Positions 1 to 12,170 are shown, counted from the stretch's first letter. The stretch: DNA of 39,331 nt from Octopus bimaculoides (GCF_001194135.2 NC_068981.1:132501279-132540609); one strand, 5' to 3'. Numbers and translations are program-made. Notes: generated by a model from the letters alone, not told the origin.

Positions 1-32
<32 letters not shown>

Positions 33-34
<2 letters not shown>

Positions 35-112
35 TTTGAATTTAGTTCACGGATCCCCAGTACTACCGTTGTGAACCACCAGGGTCTGCGGACTCCAGGT
101 TAGGAGCCACTC
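33..112. mobile_element. Terminal fragment of a hAT/Charlie-like MITE inserted into the MULE transposase
   Basis: GGGTCTGCGGACTCCAGGTTAGGAGCCACTC resembles Charlie-type ends (GGTTAAGAACCCCTG). It is followed by CTCTAGGT (113-120), similar to the NTCTAGAN Charlie target, and MULE protein similarity stops here. The other end is lost in (TA)n. Confidence 0.4.
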
Positions 113-1398
113 CTCTAGGTGGTCCTATATAATTATTTTCAAAATAGGATACAATTGACTGTGGAATATCATCGTCATCTGCAAGTTGTTCATATCCATC
201 TACAACGTCATCAACTGGCAGGAAGGCAAGGGCAAAAGAACACCGTATTTTTAGACTAAAACTGTCGTCTTCGTGATATCTGCATTTTAGTCCTTCTTGC
301 ACAACATGCTTGTACACATTTTGTCCTAAATGAAACAAGCAGCATGCCAAATTCGACCCAGGAAATGATTCCAGAAATCCATTATGAGCTGCTTTTTCGA
401 AATCCATAATTATATTATCAGGTCTCTCATTCTGCAGTAATTCATTTATTTTGGCAAAAAGTCTACTATAGGTCTTGACTTTTGTTAGAGAGCAATGCGA
501 ACAAACGAGGGGCATCAAAATTATCAAATTGAATGTGAAGTGTACATAACCGAAAAAATATACTGGAGCAGCACTTAAATGTTTCGTCTGGTGCCCAGTT
601 CTTGTGCTGTTTTAACTGTCGAAGTGCTTCGTCACTTGCTAATATTAGTATTCGTTTTGAATCTTCCGTTTCGTTGTAATACTGTAAAAAAGTTTCATCA
701 TTGTCGAGGTAGGAGTATTCACTTGGAATGAAAAAAACCAACATTTGTAAATGGGGTGGCAGGATAGTTGGAATCAACTGGTCTCCAACGTCTAATATTC
801 CTGTTAAGCTGTGCAAACAGAGGTATTTGCGACAATGTACAGTCGTTTAAATTCTGAACTTCACTAGCGATAATTGAGCGAGGGGCATCACGAAATGAAA
901 TAGAGTTTACTTTAATATTTGAAACTATTATCCTTGCATTTACCTCTGCAGCAGTTGAAGCGTGATTATGGATCCCAATTTTCTTAAGCTCTTTATAATT
1001 TTCATGTTTGAAGTCACGTCTTGCACACACGATTTTCGCACCTCCAGTATATCTTCAATCCATCTGCTTATTTTTTGTGTATGTATAATTTTCTTGATCG
1101 ACCACTTTGATTTTTCCTTTCTCTAAAGTTATGATCTTGCAAGTAGTCATGTTGATGGGTAGACGTATTGAATAAATTTAATTCGATTTGCTTGAAAATC
1201 TTCGTTCGCAAACTGTTCAGCGCAGATATTTGAGAGAGGAGGCGGGTTAAAGAAAGGGAAAATATATCTTAAACTTGTTCTAAACTTTCCCTCGAAAATC
1301 ACATTTAAGAGTATTTTGGGACGAATTGGCCAGCAACGAATTAATCGGGGACAAATTAATCGACGATGAAATAACTGGAGACGAATCGTCCTCGGACC
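113..1398 (-). mobile_element. Mutator-like (MULE/Phantom-type) DNA transposon with frameshifted transposase pseudogene
   Basis: Three overlapping minus-strand ORFs carry consecutive MULE motifs: HNH..VSNIK..PRSII..RNIRRWR (719-1030), RILILAS..W.PDETFK..F.LCTLH (466-816) and IIMDFEKA..F..CLFHLGQNVYK (63-527). One terminus with five 15-bp subterminal repeats lies at 1320-1398. Confidence 0.9.
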
Positions 1399-1414
1399 GT
1401 GTATATGTATACGT

Positions 1415-1454
<40 letters not shown>

Positions 1455-2190
1455 CAATTTCATCAAACTGTGCTTTACTTAGGTTCATGTTTATAAAATG
1501 TTTTGGGGGAAATGAGGGGAGCATATTAATGATAATTAAGTGTGATGTTGTGTAAGCAGACAACAGAAATAGTTGGGAAGGAAGGAAAAATAGAGGAGAA
1601 TGGGAGGAAAGTGTGAGATATGAGTTGACAGAAAGTTACGGAGAGGAAATCTATTTTGGCTTGATGGAGGAATTTTGTTATTATTCAGGGTTCAATTAAA
1701 CACGAATGTAAAAGTGCAAATAGATGTAACATTATTGCCCGAGGTTACCGTGATCTTTTCGTAGGTTTTTCTTTCCACGGATAAACCTCCCTATTTCTTG
1801 GGAACTTTTCGTATTATTTTGAGTTTTTATTTTGTATATATCCCAAACGATTTTGATTCCTTTTGATCGTTGTCCCTACTTTTGTTTNNNNNNNNNNNNN
1901 NNNNNNNNNNNNNNNNNNNNNNNNNNNNNNNNNNNNNNNNNNNNNNNNNNNNNNNNNNNNNNNNNNNNNNNNNNNNNNNNNNNNNNNNNNNNNNNNNNNN
2001 NNNNNNNNNNNNNNNNNNNNNNNNNNNNNNNNNNNNNNNNNNNNNNNNNNNNNNNNNNNNNNNNNNNNNNNNNNNNNNNNNNNNNNNNNNNNNNNNNNNN
2101 NNNNNNNNNNNNNNNNNNNNNNNNNNNNNNNNNNNNNNNNNNNNNNNNNNNNNNNNNNNNNNNNNNNNNNNNNNNNNNNNNNNNNNNNNN

Positions 2191-2230
<40 letters not shown>

Positions 2231-2879
2231 CTTAACAGTTCCTCATGAAAATTTGCCACCGTCTGAAACAAAAGAAACATGTGCAGTAAAAAAAGGAGAG
2301 AAAGGAAGAAAAATAAACTATATCAAAGAGGGGTGAATGAAGAAGAAGGAACACTGTATTGTCTTGGTAGGACGCTATTCATCTATTTTTCTATCTCCCC
2401 GTCTCTCTCTCTTACAACCTTACTTTCATCATTTCTCCCTCTCTCTTTCTCATCACTTACTGTTCCTCAAAAAATTGTTGGTGTGTCTGAAGTTTGACAT
2501 CAAAAGTTATTTAATTAATACTCATAATATCTATCACAAAAATACCGTGTTTACGTTTTGAGTGACAGAAACTTTACATGTTCTGTCATTCAAATCGCTT
2601 AACATCTTACATTTCTTGAAAACATGTTTTTACAATTCCTCTTTAATCTTAATAGCTTCAGATCAGTAGAAGACAATAATACTTTCCGTCTACAACATTG
2701 TGTAGCTTCTTTCCATCTTTTCTCTTTTTTCCTAAAAGTGTTTTCCTCTGTGGTATATCAGGAAAGCCACTGTGGTATATTTGGAAAGACACTTGCTTTT
2801 TTAATAAGTTGTTTCTGACTATAAAGCAAGGAAAAGATGTACCCTGCCTACAATATGTTCTGTACTAAATGCAAGTGTG

Positions 2880-3880
2880 CTCTGAGAGCTGAAGAAACAA
2901 ATGAACAGAACTAACAAAAACCTCAAGCTAATACTGCCAGGAATGGATCTCACAGAAGACTTCAGATTGATAGTGAAAGTGACACTTGCTATAAACATGA
3001 TGCTATCGGATAAGGTTTCTCTAGACAACTGGAAATGCCTGATAAATGACAGGTTCACCTTCAACAGAATGCTACCAAACAGGCTGCATACAGAAATCAT
3101 GAAACTTCACAACAGTGCAAGGCCAGGCAGAAAACTCAGAGAGCAAGACAGGCAGAAGCTAGATTGTAGCCATACACGTATGAGCTGTGGACAGAAAATA
3201 TGCTTGGCTATGATCCTGGACATGACCATGCTCCTGAAAAAAATAGTCTCAATTGATATCATATCCAAAATTTGTGACAAGAGTTTAGCCAAAATCTAAA
3301 AAGAAGAGATAAATGCAATGTGTTGTTACAATGGAAAAGTTAATCCACTAGAGCCTCTAAAACAATTTCTTATTGTCACTACTGAAGAATCCACACATTT
3401 TTTTAGGAACATCAGAAAATATAGCTTTGCTTTCAAAATGACTTTCTTTGGAGCCAACATCGTCAGAGAAAAGGAAAATAATACTAACAAGGGTAAACCT
3501 ACCACAACATTGGCTCACTTCAGCTCTTCCCCAATAAATGGCTCTGATTTTTTAAGCTGTAATTTGTCGATGACTTAAAGAGACAGTCTCATAATAATCT
3601 CCCTAAGCACAAAGTTTGATTTTAATTTTTTTAACTTCAAAAAATGGTTGGTGCAAAAAAACAGAACAAAAGCAACTAAAAGAGTTTCAAACCTCTTAGA
3701 GTCTGCAGCCGTTTTGGCATTTCAAACTGTCATTGATGAACACAAAAGACTATCTGGAGAACGTACATATTATTTCAATGCAACTGAATGTCGTCATGTG
3801 CGGAGTGGCACACAGCCAAAGAGATATCATTCTGAAGTACAAAGGTACACTATCAAAACAACTATAAATGAGACATGCAC
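2880..3880 (+). pseudogene. Helitron RepHel N-terminal/Rep region, degenerate
   Basis: Broken frames encode E/Q/R-rich N-terminal repeats (AEETNEQ..ETSQQCKARQ), IVSI..SKIC...AK..KEE..MCCYNGKV, EPLKQFL..STHFFRNIRKY..FKMTFFGAN (3318-3480) and VIDEHKRLSGERTYYFNAT / VVMCG..SQRDIILK (3725-3850). All are Helitron RepHel signatures, with stops and frameshifts. Confidence 0.85.
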
Positions 3881-3895
3881 ACACACACACACACA

Positions 3896-4490
3896 CACCA
3901 GCTGTATATCCTGTTGTTTGCTGGGTAATTTTCATAACAGAATGCCTTGGCGGACTTTCGGAATAGCACACCCACATAAGTTGGATTTTCTCCATTTTGA
4001 CGGAGACTTTTCAAATTTTGATTTTACCACACCCTTATAAACGATTGGGGGAAGCTTTTTAGGAGAAAAAAAAGAAGTTTGAAAATGTATCAATCTACAA
4101 CCCAGACCAATCTTGTACAATTTTTTTTTTTTACTCCTCACTTAAAATGATGGAAGAAGCCTTGAAGGTTAAAAAAAAAAAAAAATGAAATCAGCGATTA
4201 CCTTTACAATCCCCACTCCCTTCATTTTCAAACAGAAAATAAAATGTAATTTAAAAACAATTATGAAATCTAAAAAATTTTTTCATTAACCTACCTCTTC
4301 CTCCATAAATCCTAAAATTTCAGCTTTTTTTCAAAATTTTTTTTTTTTTTTTTTTTTTGTAGTTTTGAAATATGGACAATCTGAATTTGCAATTTGTTCC
4401 TGTTTATAATTTCAAAATAATTTCCTGACGAAAAAAGTGTGATATAAAGGAGTTTCAGCTGTTGTTTCTAGCACTTCCCACGACCACCTG
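3896..4490 (+). mobile_element. Dispersed non-autonomous element (possibly Helitron-derived)
   Basis: Shares two modules with copies at 27615-27911 and 28036-28358: GGACTT..AAGTTGGA.TTTCTCC.TTTTGAC and GTGTGAT..AA.GAG.TT..GCTGTTGTTTCTAGCA. The start CCAGCTGTATATCCTG loosely resembles Helitron-N 5' ends. Confidence 0.5.
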
Positions 4491-6122
4491 GTACCTTTCT
4501 CATTTCTTTGTCACTATCACTTGTATCAATATTTTTCAATATTTTTCTCTCCATAAACACATTTTGTGGAATGCTGATTCAGTGGTTCAATACAGAGATT
4601 TAAGATAATTGAAATCTTTAAACTCCACCATGCACCAAGTGAGTCCATGTGTGTTTGTATGTGTGTGTGTGTGTATGTGCGATCGTGTGTGTAAGAAAAA
4701 ATACTAATAGAAATGTATGCTATTAAAATAAATCATCTTTTACATACATTTTTAAAATCATCCTATTACCTTAATGAATTTTCTTACACATGCATATCAC
4801 ACACTGAGAAACACACATGCACACACAATGTGAATGATATACTTTTATAGAAAGTGAGAAAGTTTACCACAAGAAAATAATAGAGATAAACAGAGAGAGA
4901 TCTTTTCTGTTGCTGTCACATATTTTGAAATTTTAAAATTAAGTGAAAATTTTCAAATTTGGTACAGTGATGTGCTTTTACACATGGAATTCAAGTTTGT
5001 GATTCATTTATACCAGAAAATATTTTTGAAAAATTTTACAAAGGTTTAAAGTTTGATCATTTTTACCCAATCAGAATACAGGATTTGTATCTGGTTTTTG
5101 ATACCTTAGGTGAAGTTAATTCCAATATTGAAATTGAAGGTACCTTTAAGATAACATCTAGTAATAATACTGATTATAATGCTACTAATAACCTTGGTTT
5201 AACATCAAATTCTGAGAGTAAAGTTAATACTAATTCCTTTAACCACGAATGCTACATACTTGTGAATGTATGCCTTTGTAAGTCCAAAACCAAGCTTATG
5301 TGTCCTTCATAAAATCAGTGTTTAAGAAAGAATATAATACACCAATGTATGGTAATTGCAGGGGATCAAACATATTACTACATAGGTTCTCCTGCTACAA
5401 ATTGGAAGTCTAGGTTACATGACCATTCTTCTTCACTTAAGTTAAGGATGAAATAAATGCATTTGGAATTTGAAAGACAGGAACATTAACTGTGATATAA
5501 ATTGGTCCATTATTAATTATGCTCTATTGAACAATACCAGTAATTTTATATGTGATTCTTGCCTGGAGGAAATTTATAATATAATTACTTCAAAATTAGA
5601 ATTATTAAATCGTAGAACCAGTCTTATGTTGAATTGTTCCCATTAATATAGAAAAAACATCTAAATATTTCAATAATAAATAATGCCTCCATTATAATTG
5701 CTTTTTCTATAATTTAACAAGCATAAATTTTCCAGATTTTTTAAGCATACATAAATAGCTAGATAACTAAATGTAGTGACACAAAATTTTTATGTTTATT
5801 TTTTATTCTTTCCTTATCTATTGACATCATAAACTTAAATTCTAAACTGGCTTTTCTTAGAATATTATATTTTTTCATAACATTCTTTTTTTGCATGTGT
5901 TCATGCATTGTAGATATTATTTCAGTTCACTTTGGATTTAACCTGTTTTGGATTACATTGATGACATTGTGTTAACATAATTTTTGGGGTACATTGGCTT
6001 CATTGGTATTTTGTACCTTTTTTCTATATTTAAATGAGCTGGCACAATAGAAATGATTGTGGGAAATGTATGGTGTAATCATCAAATAAATGTGTAATTT
6101 TTTTCCATTCTTGTTCAGGTTG

Positions 6123-6157
<35 letters not shown>

Positions 6158-7239
6158 GTAAGAATGCTGGATGATAATTATGTAATCAATAAGCTTCATT
6201 CATTCAATAAGATTATTTTTTTTTTCAGCTCTGCAAATGCTTATGCGGTGAACACATGCAGCAACTAATTTGTTCACATAACAAAGTGACAAGTTCACCT
6301 AAATGACCTTGTTTCATGCAAAGCAAATGACCTATTAGAGTTCACTAATACTTATATTAGACATGCGTACATCATTTTTTTTTTTGTCAGAATGCTGTTA
6401 TACAGACAGAATTAATTCCTTCAACATACTAACTTATTTCACATATGCTAGTGGAAAAAATAGATACACACTCAGAATCAGACATACACATGCACATTTA
6501 TGCATGAGTATATGTGTTTGTGTGTGTGTGAATGTGCGTGTGTGTGTGTATGCATAATACCACAACCATCATCGTAATAATTTTTGATGTTTGCCCTTCA
6601 ATTGTTGAGGCAGTATTCTATTCCCAGATGCTCTCCCTGCCACTAAGCCATTGTACATGTGTATGTATGCATGAATGCTTATATATACATCTGGTGGAGA
6701 AATACGGTAATCAGTTTGCACAGGAATGTGTCACACCCAATGTTTGGTATAGTAACATCATTGTCAACTGTTACATCATTGTCAACATCATTGTCAACTA
6801 AGTAACATCATTGTCAACTAAGGAGGTGCCTTAGAGAGTGACAGAAGAAATTACAAATGCTGGACTACATCATAAAATTTAAGGAAAGAATTGTAGTTCA
6901 ATTAGTTTAGTCCTATTTAGCTACGTTGTCTCTATTTAGTGGAACGGGTTTTTTACTCTTGCAAGTTACATGAAGCTCACTTGTGCTGGACATGAAAAGT
7001 CATCCAGTACACACTGTAAATTGGTTGGTGTATGAGGAAGAACACTGAAACTTGGAAATCATGAAAAATTAGAGATTGGTGCACAAAGCAGTATTTAGAT
7101 GCATTGCATTCTGTCAAACTGTCTAACTCAAGCCAGCATAACAGGTAGATGCTTAAAAATGATGTTGGTGATGATGATGATAATGATGATATATACATAT
7201 ATACGCATGTGCACATGTGTGTGTGTGTCTGTGTGCACA

Positions 7240-7490
7240 CATGCACGTGTGTGTCCTTGTCTTGACATTACATGATAGTTGTAAACAAGTGTTTACCATT
7301 ACACAAGCTACATCATTCATATTCAATCTTCCATGAAAACATGTCTGGCTGTGGCCATTGATGAACATTACCCTGTTTGATCACAGGAAAGGAATGCAGC
7401 CATAGAAAATCTGCATCATTGAATTTTAACTGACCCATGCAAGCATGGAAAAGTGGATGTTAATATGATGATGATTATGATGATGATAAA
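7240..7490 (+). mobile_element. SINE 3' portion with RTE-like (GAT)n tail
   Basis: CCTTGTCTTGACAT..GATAGTTGTAAAC module also at 17525 and 33195. It ends CCCATGCAAGCATGGAAAAGTGGATGTTAA(TGA)n like the RTE 3' ends in this window. Confidence 0.6.
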
Positions 7491-7776
7491 CGTGTGTGTG
7501 TGTGTGTGTGTGTGCGCACACACACATACATTCATATATAAATATGATGGTTAATTCTGTCAATTCTGATGTATGAGAATTTGAAGGAACAGATGAAAAA
7601 AAAAAAGAAGGAAGTATTAAAAATAAAAGAATCTGCATCTAGTTGTGATGGATGTGCGAATGTGATTCGAGTCTAGGAATGGATTTTGATATGAAGTCAC
7701 AATGAGAACAATGATGATTTTGAGTTTACCTGGGATTGGACAAATGGGTCTGTTGATTGCAGGATATAATTCTGTT

Positions 7777-7818
<42 letters not shown>

Positions 7819-7867
7819 AAAGAACATGGGCATTGTTTTGGTACTCCTTTATTTTGTTGGTTATATA

Positions 7868-8390
7868 CATCATCATCATTTAACGTCTGTTGTCCATGCT
7901 GGCATGGGTTGGACAGTTGACCAGGGCTGGCAAGCTGGAAGGCTGCACCAGACTCCAGTCTGATTTGGCATGGTTACTTCAGCTGGATGTCCTTCCTAAT
8001 GCAAACCACTCTAAGAGTGTAATGGGTGCTTTTACATGCCACCAGCCATTTGCGTGACACCAGTATCTGTCACAACTGCAATTTTACTTGGCTTGATGGG
8101 TCTTTTTCTCAAGCACGACATAATGCCAAAAGTCTCGGTCATTGCCTCAGTGAGGCCCAACACTCGAAAGGAGCTTTTCATGTGCCACTGGCATCAGCAC
8201 TTTGCCTTCATGAGGTCCAATGCATGAAAGGTGCTTTTTACATGCCACTGGCATGGGTGCCAGTTATGACATCAGTATCAATCACAACTATGATTTCTCT
8301 TGGCTTGACAGTTCTTCTCAAGTACAGCATATCACCAAAGGTCTTGGTCACTAGTCATTGCCTCTGTGAGGCCCAGTATTCAGCAATACA
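7868..8390 (-). mobile_element. RTE-type LINE/SINE 3' end
   Basis: Reverse complement matches the 3' terminus of the RTE copy at 24840-24990 (..GGAAGGACATCCAGCTG..CCAACCCATGCCAGCATGGA..TTAAA(TGA)n), with internal repeated blocks. Confidence 0.8.
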
Positions 8391-8771
8391 ATATCACGCT
8401 ATAGATGCAACCAGTAGATGGAACCAGTAGATGCACCCATATAGGACCAGTATGAAAAGCCAACTTATCATCAGACAGATAAAGGGGAAATACTTGCTGA
8501 ATATCAACTGACCCTCAAATATGACAAATGTGACACCTGACCCTCAAATATGAATGACCTTTGTGTACAAGTGACAGTGGGAAATAAATGCAATTAAAAT
8601 TAGAGCCAAAATCTGAATGGTTTAATCGCTGTTTGTCAAATGTATCCAATTATGTGTATATGTGTGTGTGTATGTGTATTTGTGTGCGTGTATGTGTGTG
8701 TGTGTGTGTGTGTATTTCTCTCTCTCTATACACACACACATACATGTATAAGTGTATGTGTGTGTATATAA

Positions 8772-8824
<53 letters not shown>

Positions 8825-8878
8825 AATATATATATATATTATAATAATAATGATAATGATGATGATGATGATGATAAT

Positions 8879-9092
8879 CCTTTCTACTATAGGTACAAGG
8901 CCTGAAATTTTGTAGGGAGGAAGCTAGTTGATTACATCAACCCAGTACTTGACTGGTACTCATTTTATCGACCCTGAAAGGATGAAAGGCAAAGTTGACC
9001 TCGACGGAATTTGAACTCAGAACATAAAGACGGATGAAATGCCACTAAACATTTCGTCCAGTATACTAACAATTATGCCAGCTTGCTGCCTT
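8879..9092 (-). mobile_element. tRNA-derived SINE, Nin-domain-like
   Basis: Minus strand reads GGCAGCAAGCTGGCAT..CTGAGTTCAAATTCC..GTCAACTTTGCCTTTCATCCTTTCAGGGTCGATAAA. Homologous to 9141, 22248, 23205 and 38474. Confidence 0.85.
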
Positions 9093-9105
9093 AATAATAG
9101 TAGTA

Positions 9106-9140
<35 letters not shown>

Positions 9141-9353
9141 CCTTTCTATTATAAGCACAAGGCCTGAAATTTGGGGAAGGGGGATAGTCGATCACATCAA
9201 CCCCTGTATTCAACTGGTACTTAATTTATCGACCTTGAAAGGATGAAAGGTAAAGTTGACCTTGGTGGAATTTGAACTCAGAATGTAGCGACGGGTGAAA
9301 TACCACTAAGGATTTTGTTCAGTGTGCTAACGATTCTGCCAGCTCGCAGCCTT
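9141..9353 (-). mobile_element. tRNA-derived SINE, Nin-domain-like (tandem second copy)
   Basis: Same family as 8879-9092, separated from it by an (AAT)n tail. Confidence 0.85.
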
Positions 9354-9715
9354 ATAATAATAATAATAATAACAACAACAACAACGACAGAAGCAGTATT
9401 AATATGAAAAAGCAATTTTTTATCCAACTTAATATGGATATAAAGATTGGTTAATAATGAACAATGGATTATTTACAGTGAGAGGACCTCTCATATAGAT
9501 GTATGCTGCATAAAAGCACTCACATATATATTGTTGGCAGATGAGAATTGTCTACTAAACTGCAGGCAATGGAATTGTCAGATCATGTGATTTCAACCTG
9601 CCTGGTCTCTACAATGGCAGACACCAGTGGTGGCATAACAGCTGAATCTCACTGTGAATGATATATATATATATATATATAATTTTAGTGTCTTTTCAGG
9701 CACAGATGTTTCAAA

Positions 9716-10116
9716 TAGCCATGGCTGTGTGGTAAGTAGCTTGCTTACCAACCACATGGTTCCAGGTTCATTCCCACTGCGCGGCACCTTGGGCAAGTGT
9801 CTTCTACTATAGCCTCGGGCCGACCAAAGCCTTGTGAGTGGATTTGGTAGACGGAAACTGAAAGAAGCCCGTCGTATATATGTATATATATAAATGTATG
9901 TGTGTTTGTGTGTCTGTGTTTGTCCCCCCACCATCGCTTGACAACCGATGCTGGTGTATTTATGTCCCCGTAACTTAGCGGTTCGGCACAAAGTGACTGA
10001 TAGAATAAGTACTAGGCTTACAAAGAATAAGTTCTGGGGTCGATTTGCTCGACTAAAGGCGGTGCTCCAGCATGGCCGCAGTCAAATGACTGAAATTAAT
10101 AAAAGAGTAAAAGAGT
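9716..10116 (+). mobile_element. tRNA-derived CORE-type SINE, near full length
   Basis: A-box-like TGGCTGTGTGG, B-box-like GGTTCATTCC, CORE-like CACCTTGGGCAAGTGTCTT, internal (TA/TG)n and a tail ending GACTGAAA..AAAAGAGT. Multiple paralogous copies in the window. Confidence 0.9.
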
Positions 10117-10144
10117 GACAGAAGCAGTATTAATAGCTAAAGGC

Positions 10145-10408
10145 GATATTTATATTCAACTTAACAAGGATGCTTCATTAGAACAATGAATACTGTTTTA
10201 TCTACCTTGGAAGACCTCTCATATGGATTCATGGTGCACAAAAGCAGTCATATTTATATTATTATTATAGCAGATGGTTCTCATCTGCCTATAATATAAA
10301 TATGAGTGCTTTTATGCACCATGCATCCATATGAGAGTTCCTCTTGAGGTAAATAACACAGTATTCATTGCTCTAGCAAACAACCATATTAAGTTGGATA
10401 TCAATATC
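10145..10408. repeat. About 264-bp foldback (arms 10145-10276 and 10282-10408, 5-nt loop)
   Basis: Imperfect inverted arms closing on GCAGATG-GTTCT-CATCTGC. A one-arm copy lies at about 9387-9560. Confidence 0.85.
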
Positions 10409-11782
10409 TATAAAACACAAGATGTTTGTGTGTGTGTGTACGTGATGTGGGTTATGCACGTCCACAAATTAGCACGCATGTCGCTCCAATTTTAGGAGGA
10501 CATTGTTCATGACCCTATCTGTGTTTTTGTCAACTTTTTCTCACAGAGGCACCCGCGTATAGCTGTAAAAATCGATAAACTTTTACCAATTTTGAAGTTT
10601 GTTGACATGGCGAAGTCAATTCTGTGCGTACGCGCGTGAAGGAGAGAGAGAGAAAGAAAGAAAGACAGGGAGAAAGAAAGAAAGAGAGAGAAAGAAAGAA
10701 AGACAGGGAGAAAGAAAGAAAGAGAGAGAANNNNNNNNNNNNNNNNNNNNNNNNNNNNNNNNNNNNNNNNNNNNNNNNNNNNNNNNNNNNNNNNNNNNNN
10801 NNNNNNNNNNNNNNNNNNNNNNNNNNNNNNNNNNNNNNNNNNNNNNNNNNNNNNNNNNNNNNNNNNNNNNNNNNNNNNNNNNNNNNNNNNNNNNNNNNNN
10901 NNNNNNNNNNNNNNNNNNNNNNNNNNNNNNNNNNNNNNNNNNNNNNNNNNNNNNNNNNNNNNNNNNNNNNNNNNNNNNNNNNNNNNNNNNNNNNNNNNNN
11001 NNNNNNNNNNNNNNNNNNNNNNNNNNNNNNNNNNNNNNNNNNNNNNNNNNNNNNNNNNNNNNNNNNNNNNNNNNNNNNNNNNNNNNNNNNNNNNNNNNNN
11101 NNNNNNNNNNNNNNNNNNNNNNNNNNNNNNNNNNNNNNNNNNNNNNNNNNNNNNNNNNNNNNNNNNNNNNNNNNNNNNNNNNNNNNNNNNNNNNNNNNNN
11201 NNNNNNNNNNNNNNNNNNNNNNNNNNNNNNNNNNNNNNNNNNNNNNNNNNNNNNNNNNNNNNNNNNNNNNNNNNNNNNNNNNNNNNNNNNNNNNNNNNNN
11301 NNNNNNNNNNNNNNNNNNNNNNNNNNNNNNNNNNNNNNNNNNNNNNNNNNNNNNNNNNNNNNNNNNNNNNNNNNNNNNNNNNNNNNNNNNNNNNNNNNNN
11401 NNNNNNNNNNNNNNNNNNNNNNNNNNNNNNNNNNNNNNNNNNNNNNNNNNNNNNNNNNNNNNNNNNNNNNNNNNNNNNNNNNNNNNNNNNNNNNNNNNNN
11501 NNNNNNNNNNNNNNNNNNNNNNNNNNNNNNNNNNNNNNNNNNNNNNNNNNNNNNNNNNNNNNNNNNNNNNNNNNNNNNNNNNNNNNTATATATATATATA
11601 TATATATATATTAATTTATGTATATATTAATATTATCTTGGTTGAAAAACTTTGATAATGCAAATATGTTAATAATTACCAGGGTAGCAAAAATCACACA
11701 AAAACTGGGATATTATGCCCTGTTAATGAGTAGAAATTCCATGTAATCTTAGCATTCAGCACAAGTCTTGCATTTGTAATAT

Positions 11783-11874
11783 GGTTCCCTGACGATGAAA
11801 TTATGTGTATATTCCAGCATCTCTCACTTCTTTGGAGTAGAGTGCACATAATTTTTGAAACATGTGTAGGAATT
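11783..11874 (+). ncRNA. Type I hammerhead ribozyme motif, intact core
   Basis: Stem I GGUUCC/GGAAUU; CUGACGA (11789-11795); long stem II GAAAUUAUGUG../..CACAUAAUUUU; GAAAC (11857-11861), AUGU loop, GUA triplet (11866-11868). Confidence 0.8.
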
Positions 11875-11952
11875 AAAGGAACTTATTGATTATATGCGAT
11901 TTGCTCCATTTATTATTATTCTTTATATATATATATATATATACACACAACG

Positions 11953-12170
11953 AAAAGCACTCGTGCAGTGCCACATAAAAGCACCTGTGTGGTGCCACAT
12001 AAAAGCACCCAACACACTCTGTAATGTGGTTGGTGTTAGGAAGGGTATCCACCCATAGAAACCATGCCAAATCAGATAGGAACCTGGTGCAGCTCCCCAA
12101 CTTGCCAGCTTTTGTCAAACCATCCAACCCATGCAAGCATGGACAATGGATGATGAGGATGATGATGATG
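11953..12170 (+). mobile_element. RTE-type 3' end fragment
   Basis: AAAAGCACCC..GGTTGGTGTTAGGAAGGG..CCAACCCATGCAAGCATGGA(GAT)n, preceded by 23-bp direct repeats. Confidence 0.75.

Noticed and set aside
1147-1563. ORF with CVCVC run, and many similar YIYI/CVCV/HTHT ORFs
   Set aside because: Translations of (TA)n/(CA)n microsatellites and SINEs, with no protein-family motif.
1814-2336. Long ORFs spanning N-runs (also 10599-11655, 13561-14130, 25115-25663, 36991-38386)
   Set aside because: Artefacts of assembly gaps (1888-2190, 10731-11586, 13694-14087, 25200-25617, 37712-38241) and dinucleotide repeats.
6750-6822. Short tandem repeats (AACATCATTGTC units here; 17-bp pair at about 8508-8547; 20-bp units at 21781-21840)
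   Set aside because: Ordinary slippage duplications with no further structure.
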